Of a stretch of DNA of 50,065 nt, positions 44,499 to 50,065 are shown piece by piece. How positions within the stretch are numbered: position 1 is the stretch's first letter; each line of letters starts with the position of its first letter. Source of the stretch: a virus; the IMG/VR virus record IMGVR_UViG_3300045988_086121, positions 1 to 50,065 of that record; one strand, 5' to 3'. The notes below the pieces were generated by a model. That model ran no database searches. It saw only the letters and a program-made list of their open reading frames with translations, and was not told where the DNA came from. Made by a program: the position numbers and the translations under genes.

Positions 44499-44726
44499 AT
44501 GAGGGCAAAAGATATTTTATTAGCGTTAAATAGATGCTCAATCTTCAACGGAAACGCATATTTGCGCGAGGAAAAGAAAGGCAAGCGTCTTACAATCTTG
44601 AAGGGAAAACTTTCACCCCGTGCTCTGTATTATACCTCATTCAAGTTATTATCATATCTTGATGAGCCTGATGTAATACTTACCCTATGCACGAACGAGA
44701 AACAGTATCTTTGGAAAATTGAATAA
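44499..44726 (+). CDS. Hypothetical protein, weak paralog of 44738..44980
   Basis: Shared ILKGK, PDVI and W-x-IE at equivalent positions. Confidence 0.45.
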   Translation: MRAKDILLALNRCSIFNGNAYLREEKKGKRLTILKGKLSPRALYYTSFKLLSYLDEPDVILTLCTNEKQYLWKIE

Positions 44727-44737
44727 CAAAGTGAGTT

Positions 44738-44980
44738 ATGAAAGCATACCAATTCCTCTTACACACAATAAATAGAACTATCTCTTCAACAGATATTCTT
44801 TTAGGTTGCAATCTTGCAACGTATGCGGAGCAGCACAAACCCAGCATAAGGATCCTGAAAGGTAAATTTAAATCGTGTCTTTATTTCGTCAGCAAAGACA
44901 AGGAAGCGTTACCGCAACGACCTGATGTAATAGAAAAGTATTTTGAAACGATGCTTTACTTTTGGGAAATTGAGATGTAA
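44738..44980 (+). CDS. Hypothetical protein
   Basis: 80-aa ORF. Confidence 0.45.
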   Translation: MKAYQFLLHTINRTISSTDILLGCNLATYAEQHKPSIRILKGKFKSCLYFVSKDKEALPQRPDVIEKYFETMLYFWEIEM

Positions 44981-44982
44981 AA

Positions 44983-45022
44983 AGCACTCCTTGCAATGCT
45001 TGTCGTATTTGCAAGGAATGCT
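44983..45022. terminator. Hairpin ending the plus-strand island
   Basis: agcactccttgcaa-N12-ttgcaaggaatgct, a 14-bp stem with one mismatch, flanked by A-runs. Confidence 0.55.
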
Positions 45023-45069
45023 TATCAAAAAAATAATCATAAAAACTTGCAAGGTATGGCTAAAATCCA

Positions 45070-45156
45070 TACCTTTGCAATGGGGATTCCGTAGCTAATG
45101 ACTACCGATTCCTCGACAGCGGGGGTCAGCAATTATTGCTGACCATCCGTTTTTTT
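45070..45156 (+). ncRNA. Candidate short plus-strand sRNA: TACCTTTG promoter box, ~45-nt body, perfect hairpin and T7 run; 3' end antisense to the MuF gene stop
   Basis: TACCTTTGCAATGG at 45070. Hairpin GGTCAGCAA-TTA-TTGCTGACC at 45124..45144 (the loop is the MuF stop codon). TTTTTTT at 45150..45156. Confidence 0.35.
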
Positions 45157-46878
45157 GAACAATAGTTTTATTTCGCCATCTTGATATCGAAGCCAAATTT
45201 CTTCTATATCTTCACCATTATTTATTCGATTATAAAGTCCTCTCTTCATAAAACGTTCAGTTAAGTTTGGTTTATCTATCACCAAACGATTGCTTTGTAA
45301 GAGACCATCTTTAATCATATTCCTAAATGCGTTTTTGGGATTGTTCGATATAAATCCTTCATGCTCATACCACTCTCCATCAACGTTCAAATCTGGGCAT
45401 TTACCCTCATATTTAGTGCCGATTAAAGATTTATAATACTTTGAATACTCAAATTCAGGAGGACGCTTCATTTTGGGGGTAAGAATCACTCTTGAACCAT
45501 TCTTTGCAAAATGTTCTGCCACTTGTATTAGTTTATTAAAATCATTGTCAGAATGATTTACAAATTTAGAAATGGCTATAACCCCATCACCCTTGCGATA
45601 TGTAATCTCATCAAGGTTTTTCCAATATCGTTCAAACCAAGCATTTTTTATAGTTCTTATTTGCTTATCAGTTCTCGCTTCATGACGAGCCTTTGCAGCT
45701 GCAAGTATTTTCTCACGGCTTGACATTGATTCTGTCCCTTGCTTCTCCTCCCATCCGAGCAAATTACCTACGACACGTTCGTTATCCTTCACGAAGTAAG
45801 GCAATTTCCCTTTTTCACGCGCCAAGTCCAATTTCTTAGCATTGCGCTCGCACCATTTAGAGAACTTTTCAGGCACGTTTTGTACAAGGTTGGGGGATTT
45901 GTAAGCCTTGTATTCTTTTTCGGGCAGAGAGCGCAAATATTTCCATTCTTCGCTATCTCTATCAATTAGAATTGACGAAGCAGAACACATGCAACGTGGA
46001 TGCCATCCGCGCCACATGAAATCTTTCGGGTAATCGCCAGCAAGCTCATCGCATATATCCTCCTTTGGATGATTGCCCGATAAGCGAATACGTATACCAA
46101 GCACAAACGGCTCACTACTCCACCTTTCACAATTAGCGAAGTTGTAAGCCATGTTTGTTTCGGTAATGGTTAGGCGCAAGGCATTTTGACGCGCAGAGCG
46201 ATAAACCCCAGTACCAACTTTAGCTAAGTCCTCTTTTACGAAATGCACATTCCCTTCTTCGTCCACAACTCGCCTACGCCATTCTATCACATCTTTCTTC
46301 GTGCCATCTGACATAGCCTTCTTGACATGATAGCGTCTGTACATCATATCAGGGTTGTTCAAATGCTGACGTATCTTGCGACCAAGGCTTTCAGCCGATT
46401 CTCCCTTTTTAATGCCATTCTCTATAGCATTAGACATTGCAAGTTCAAACTCAGCTTTTGTCTGTTGTGTGTAATTCCAAACTCTATCAGACAGATTCAG
46501 TCCGTCTGTTCTATCCCTTCTGCTACGTATAAACGCATTAGCAGTCTTATTCCTCCATTCATCAACGGCTTCGCCCTGCATACGTGTATATGCTTCAAAA
46601 GCCTTTTGTTGAGTTATTGTTGAAAGCATAACTGCACGCGTTATCCCTTGCTGAATAAGGGATTGTAACGCTTGCTTATAAGAATCAAGTATAGCTTGCA
46701 CCCTTTCCTTTTCGGTGGGGGTGCAAGCATTTGAAATCTTATAAAGTTCTTCTGGTGTAACTCGTTCCGTTGAAACAATAGTTGCCTTCGTTAACTCATC
46801 TATAACATGGTTGTACAACTTATTGAAATCAGACGAAACGTGCAGAAGTAATTTTATTATGTTCTTTTGAATTGACAT
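45133..46878 (-). CDS. MuF/SPP1 gp7-like head morphogenesis protein with ~280-aa C-terminal extension
   Basis: MuF core ...LRLTITETNMAYNFAN...WRGWHPRCMCS (HPxCxC) ends near aa 300. The extension ends in a domain with VILTPKM...KCPDLNVDGEWYEHEGF. Confidence 0.75.
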   Translation of the reverse strand: MSIQKNIIKLLLHVSSDFNKLYNHVIDELTKATIVSTERVTPEELYKISNACTPTEKERVQAILDSYKQALQSLIQQGITRAVMLSTITQQKAFEAYTRMQGEAVDEWRNKTANAFIRSRRDRTDGLNLSDRVWNYTQQTKAEFELAMSNAIENGIKKGESAESLGRKIRQHLNNPDMMYRRYHVKKAMSDGTKKDVIEWRRRVVDEEGNVHFVKEDLAKVGTGVYRSARQNALRLTITETNMAYNFANCERWSSEPFVLGIRIRLSGNHPKEDICDELAGDYPKDFMWRGWHPRCMCSASSILIDRDSEEWKYLRSLPEKEYKAYKSPNLVQNVPEKFSKWCERNAKKLDLAREKGKLPYFVKDNERVVGNLLGWEEKQGTESMSSREKILAAAKARHEARTDKQIRTIKNAWFERYWKNLDEITYRKGDGVIAISKFVNHSDNDFNKLIQVAEHFAKNGSRVILTPKMKRPPEFEYSKYYKSLIGTKYEGKCPDLNVDGEWYEHEGFISNNPKNAFRNMIKDGLLQSNRLVIDKPNLTERFMKRGLYNRINNGEDIEEIWLRYQDGEIKLLFKKTDGQQ

Positions 46879-46881
46879 ACA

Positions 46882-48330
46882 TTATTCTTCTCCATTTTGC
46901 TCTCCATTGACAGCGGAAGCAAATATGTCTAACTTGGCTTGTGCTGCACTTTCTGCCTGCAACTGCTTAATCGTTTGCTCTGGATTGTTCACAAGGGGGT
47001 TTAGCTTAACACCATCCTCTTGTGACATGGTAGCCTTGCCTTGTGTTGAAAGGTTGATTAGTTGCAGCGTTTCCATCTCATTCTTTGGAATGTACGGAGT
47101 GAAAACTGGCTCAACCTGCAACGAATCCACAATGCGCTGAGGTGTTGCTTTTATTAAGTTCGCAATACCATTCTTTACAATATTAAAGCGTCTTGTAAAC
47201 ATCTCGCCAAATAGCTCAACCTTTGTTTCTGCCTTCAAGTGTGGGTCGGTAAACATTAGTCGAATGGCTGCACCACTTGTATTGTTGCCAAGGGTTTTCA
47301 TGTTTTCAAACGAAACGTCAGGTGTCTGTGTGTACGAGAATATGATGTTCGTAAGATTAGCCACTTCTTGACGCATGCTCTCAGGTGCTGAGTTCCATGA
47401 AACAACCTTCATGTCTGCGCCCTCGCCTTCGCCTTGATATATTCTGCCGACCTCTCCTTTCTCGGCAAAGCCTTTCATCTTGCCTTTGAAGAAGTAAGTT
47501 GGCGCACCAAAGTAATCATTCACATCCCCCCAATTAGAGAGCAATTCTTCAAGTCGCTCAATTACGGGCTGCACTGATTCCCATTCCGTTTCGTCTTGTC
47601 TGTAATACACGACTGGGATTTTCCCAAAGCCATGTGTCTTTGCGTCAAGCAATACAAGGTTCTCGCCATCATTTACATATCTGTATAGCATTGAAGATGT
47701 GTACACATCAAAATGCACAGTTGTATTTCCTAACTCGTCAAGAACATTGTATTTCCGCGCGAAGCCATCCATGCGATGATAATCATCGAAGTGAGGGTAC
47801 AGAATATCACCACGCAATGGAGATAACATCATCACACGAATATCATATCCGCTGTCATCGTCTTTTGGCACCATATACCACAACTCAGCGCATTCACGAC
47901 AACGGAACAAATTACGGGCAAGACGCTTGTCAAAGTAGTTTATTTTGTTGTTTTGGAATACTGATATGGTTTCATTGTACAACTCTTGCAAACTCGCATC
48001 AACAACACCCTTGATGTTATACTTCACTTCTTCGGACAAGAGAAAGCCTACATCGCGCTCGCATATCAATCGTTGAGCAGGAACAGCGATGCGACATCTG
48101 TCAATAAACTTTTTCTTGTAAACTGCATTCCCATTCTCATCCTTTTTATCGGTCTTAACCTTTATAGCCTTCTTCTTGCGCTTGGTTTCATCCATTACAG
48201 CATGAAGCATTGGGTTGTATTCGGCTTCTGTTTCTTCTATTGATTTCTTAAAGCCCTGCTTACGCGATGTTAGCAAGGTGTATATCTGCATCGGGTCGCC
48301 CAATGCCATTATTTCTGTTATAGGTTTCAT
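46882..48330 (-). CDS. Portal protein
   Basis: 482 aa between TerL and MuF, with an acidic C-terminus. Confidence 0.75.
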   Translation of the reverse strand: MKPITEIMALGDPMQIYTLLTSRKQGFKKSIEETEAEYNPMLHAVMDETKRKKKAIKVKTDKKDENGNAVYKKKFIDRCRIAVPAQRLICERDVGFLLSEEVKYNIKGVVDASLQELYNETISVFQNNKINYFDKRLARNLFRCRECAELWYMVPKDDDSGYDIRVMMLSPLRGDILYPHFDDYHRMDGFARKYNVLDELGNTTVHFDVYTSSMLYRYVNDGENLVLLDAKTHGFGKIPVVYYRQDETEWESVQPVIERLEELLSNWGDVNDYFGAPTYFFKGKMKGFAEKGEVGRIYQGEGEGADMKVVSWNSAPESMRQEVANLTNIIFSYTQTPDVSFENMKTLGNNTSGAAIRLMFTDPHLKAETKVELFGEMFTRRFNIVKNGIANLIKATPQRIVDSLQVEPVFTPYIPKNEMETLQLINLSTQGKATMSQEDGVKLNPLVNNPEQTIKQLQAESAAQAKLDIFASAVNGEQNGEE

Positions 48331-48336
48331 TATTTG

Positions 48337-50065
48337 TTACATTAAATCGATAAATTCGTCAGCGTCAAGTCCGTTGCTGTTCTGACCTAATAACTCGTCA
48401 AGAACAACATAGCGTATGCCGTCCATGCAATTATGTACAAGGATGCCATTTGCGTAGTATTCATGAACATCTTCAACTTCTATATCATAGACTTTTTGAA
48501 TGTTTGCGTCTTGCACATGAATACTTTCCAGCACAAATTCTTGAACAGCATTTACTTCTTGAATATTTGTTGATAGTGAAAGTTTTTCCACACCAAATGC
48601 AGACGCGTTCTTCATCATCAACGTGCAATTCTCGTCTGTACTTTGACTTGCAATTATTAGAGCAGAACTTCGCATCTCCTTTCTTTGACTTAAACGATGT
48701 GCCACACTGGATGCAGACGAGGTCTTTAGGCTGAACAAGTTGCGCAATAATCCTTGCATGAATTGAATGCCATTTACGACCAATGTCCGAACGATGCCAC
48801 TTGTTCGCGTAAATGCGAGCATTATCCATGTTTTTACGAGCCTTAGCAAGATATTCTTCATCTTGACAATGTATGCAAGCATGATTTGAAAGATGGTCAT
48901 GTCCGTTAAGCATTTCAAGATTTGATATTTCGTTGTTGTGTGGGTTGTTATCTTTGTGGTGTATGTGATACCCTTTGGGGATTGCGCCATTGTAGTATTC
49001 CCATACAACTCTGTGTAAGCGTTTCGTTCCTCTGGAATAGTATTTTTCGCCCTTGTATAATTTGTAGTCTTTGCCGTTAAATCGTTGTACGTATACAACG
49101 TATCCATCTGAGTTAATTCTTGTACTTGTTTCCATCCTTTTTTGGTTTTGATTCGATGATTCGGTGTACAAATGAGTGTATACACATCTCCTGCTACCGA
49201 TGTTATTGTATATTTGTTTACTTGTTTATTCCCGTTTGCGAAGACCTTTTTCACTCTCCTATATCCTTTCGATGTTAGGACGTATTCACCAACTTGCATT
49301 TGGCTTATCCGTTTTAAACCACATTTAGTAAGAATAAGAGTACTCCCGACAAAGCAGTGATTATAGGCATCGATAGGCTCATTTAACCACTTGCCCTCTT
49401 TGTTCTGTCGGTATGTGTAATTACGGAACTCTTTCTGCACGTTTATACTTTTCCTCGTTACATATATCTTCATTTCCTGCATCTTGTTAATACCAGCCAT
49501 AATTGAACCAGAGAATTTCCGCACGGGGTGTATATCAAGTCCAGCGTTGGCAATCTCATCAATTAGGCGAGGGTCTGCGCTCTCTGAGATAATCTCTACG
49601 TTTTCACCGCATTCTTTATTTGCATCCTTCAGTACGCGTATTATGTCAGCAGCAAGCATGTGCGTCTGGTAGCATACTTCGTCAATCCACAGTGCACAAT
49701 CATTGATGTACACATCCACGATGGCAGTTGGGTCGTTGGTATAACCGAAGTCTATACCTCTGTAGTGATGTTTCTTGTGCCAACGTGGTATCTCGTCTAT
49801 TACCTCTACATTCTCAAATATCAAGCCTTCTACCATTGCTTGCAGCCCAAGACCATAAATGCGCCACAGCGAAGTATTCTTGTATTTAAGGCTTTCGATT
49901 TCATCAATAACCTTTTGTTCCAAGAATGGATTATCTCTGTAAGTTGTGATAAAATGATAAGTCTTAGGCTCTTTATTCAGTGTGCATAGCCAGTGGTCAT
50001 CCGTAAATGAGGGGTTGTAGTCAATGATAGAGAATTTAGTGGTACGCATCTGTAGCTGCTGCCAT
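48337..50065 (-). CDS. terL: Terminase large subunit, C-terminal part (nuclease domain) interrupted by an intein
   Basis: The frame continues upstream of the listed Met (..WQQLQMRTTKFS..) to the window edge and wraps to 142..554. Total 713 aa, or 404 aa after intein removal. Exteins ...EPIDAYNH / CMDGIRYVVLDE. Confidence 0.85.
   Translation of the reverse strand, partial: WQQLQMRTTKFSIIDYNPSFTDDHWLCTLNKEPKTYHFITTYRDNPFLEQKVIDEIESLKYKNTSLWRIYGLGLQAMVEGLIFENVEVIDEIPRWHKKHHYRGIDFGYTNDPTAIVDVYINDCALWIDEVCYQTHMLAADIIRVLKDANKECGENVEIISESADPRLIDEIANAGLDIHPVRKFSGSIMAGINKMQEMKIYVTRKSINVQKEFRNYTYRQNKEGKWLNEPIDAYNHCFVGSTLILTKCGLKRISQMQVGEYVLTSKGYRRVKKVFANGNKQVNKYTITSVAGDVYTLICTPNHRIKTKKGWKQVQELTQMDTLYTYNDLTAKTTNYTRAKNTIPEERNAYTELYGNTTMAQSPKGITYTTKITTHTTTKYQILKCLTDMTIFQIMLAYIVKMKNILLRLVKTWIMLAFTRTSGIVRTLVVNGIQFMQGLLRNLFSLKTSSASSVAHRLSQRKEMRSSALIIASQSTDENCTLMMKNASAFGVEKLSLSTNIQEVNAVQEFVLESIHVQDANIQKVYDIEVEDVHEYYANGILVHNCMDGIRYVVLDELLGQNSNGLDADEFIDLM
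48430..49356 (-). mobile_element. Class-1 Hint intein (309 aa) in TerL
   Basis: Block A CFVGSTLILT. Block B TPNH followed by KKGWKQVQELTQMDTL. Blocks F/G KVYDIEVEDVHEYYANGILVHN. The +1 residue is Cys. Confidence 0.8.
48485..49171 (-). CDS. HNH homing endonuclease encoded in an alternative frame inside the intein
   Basis: INSDGYVVYV...RLHRVVWEYYNGAIPKGYHIHHKDNNPHNNEISNLEMLNGHDH, plus two repeats of C-x2-CG..F...K(F/C)CS..C. The frame is offset by 2 nt from the TerL frame. Confidence 0.75.
   Translation of the reverse strand: MYTESSNQNQKRMETSTRINSDGYVVYVQRFNGKDYKLYKGEKYYSRGTKRLHRVVWEYYNGAIPKGYHIHHKDNNPHNNEISNLEMLNGHDHLSNHACIHCQDEEYLAKARKNMDNARIYANKWHRSDIGRKWHSIHARIIAQLVQPKDLVCIQCGTSFKSKKGDAKFCSNNCKSKYRRELHVDDEERVCIWCGKTFTINKYSRSKCCSRICAGKYSCARRKHSKSL
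49925..50065. repeat. Terminal overlap, second copy (identical to 1..141)
   Basis: See 1..141. Confidence 0.95.

Noticed and set aside
45082-45130. GGGGATTCCGTAG...TCGACAGCGGG as a tRNA or tmRNA 5' fragment
   Set aside because: An acceptor-like GGGGATT and a 4-bp D-like stem exist, but there is no anticodon arm, T-arm or matching AATCCCC 3' strand anywhere nearby. The resemblance to tmRNA 5' ends rests only on my memory of a short motif.
1-50065. CRISPR arrays, diversity-generating retroelement, rRNA genes, transposases and stop-codon reassignment
   Set aside because: No spaced direct-repeat arrays, no reverse-transcriptase-like ORF or TR/VR pair, and no IS-like ORFs with inverted repeats were seen. 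Long ORFs close normally with standard stops.

Overview
The window is one complete, circularly permuted temperate siphovirus-like phage or prophage genome. The unit length is 49,924 bp, and bases 1-141 are repeated at 49925-50065. The host is probably Bacteroidales, inferred from TAnnTTTG-type promoter boxes, a Bacteroidetes-style tyrosine integrase and an attP carrying a tRNA 3' end.

Layout:
- Minus strand, 1-3.3 kb: a late/packaging block (DUF1064 nuclease, ParB-like, ABC-ATPase, GNAT, TerS, TerL start).
- 3.4-6.0 kb: lysogeny/immunity region with a CI-like repressor and divergent promoters.
- Plus strand, 6.2-18.2 kb: early operon (Xis-like HTH, RecT, YqaJ exonuclease, replication organizer with internal iteron origin, MazG, SSB, dUTPase, many small ORFs).
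- 18.2-19.8 kb: integrase plus attP.
- Minus strand, 19.8-40.8 kb: accessory genes, lysis cassette (holin, amidase, u-spanin), tail fiber, tail tip protein (Tal-like), distal tail protein (Dit-like), tape measure, frameshifted tail chaperones, major tail protein, connector proteins, capsid, scaffold.
- 40.8-45.1 kb: an accessory island, mostly plus strand, inserted inside the head module.
- 45.1-50.1 kb: MuF-like protein, portal, TerL.

Most notable observations:
1. TerL carries a 309-aa class-1 intein. Its homing endonuclease (HNH) is encoded in a different, overlapping reading frame of the intein.
2. A ParB-like / ABC-ATPase / GNAT cassette contains an A10 slippery run that would fuse the ATPase and the acetyltransferase.
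3. tRNA-like RNA elements are present: one 74-nt element with a perfect acceptor stem and T-arm, and two paralogous GNRA-hairpin plus T-arm motifs directly after stop codons.
4. A ~74-bp early promoter module is duplicated at about 90% identity, and a third core copy wires the island to early expression.
5. The MuF protein has a long C-terminal extension (polyvalent/toxin-like).
6. Two short plus-strand sRNA candidates lie antisense to the 3' ends of the holin and MuF genes.
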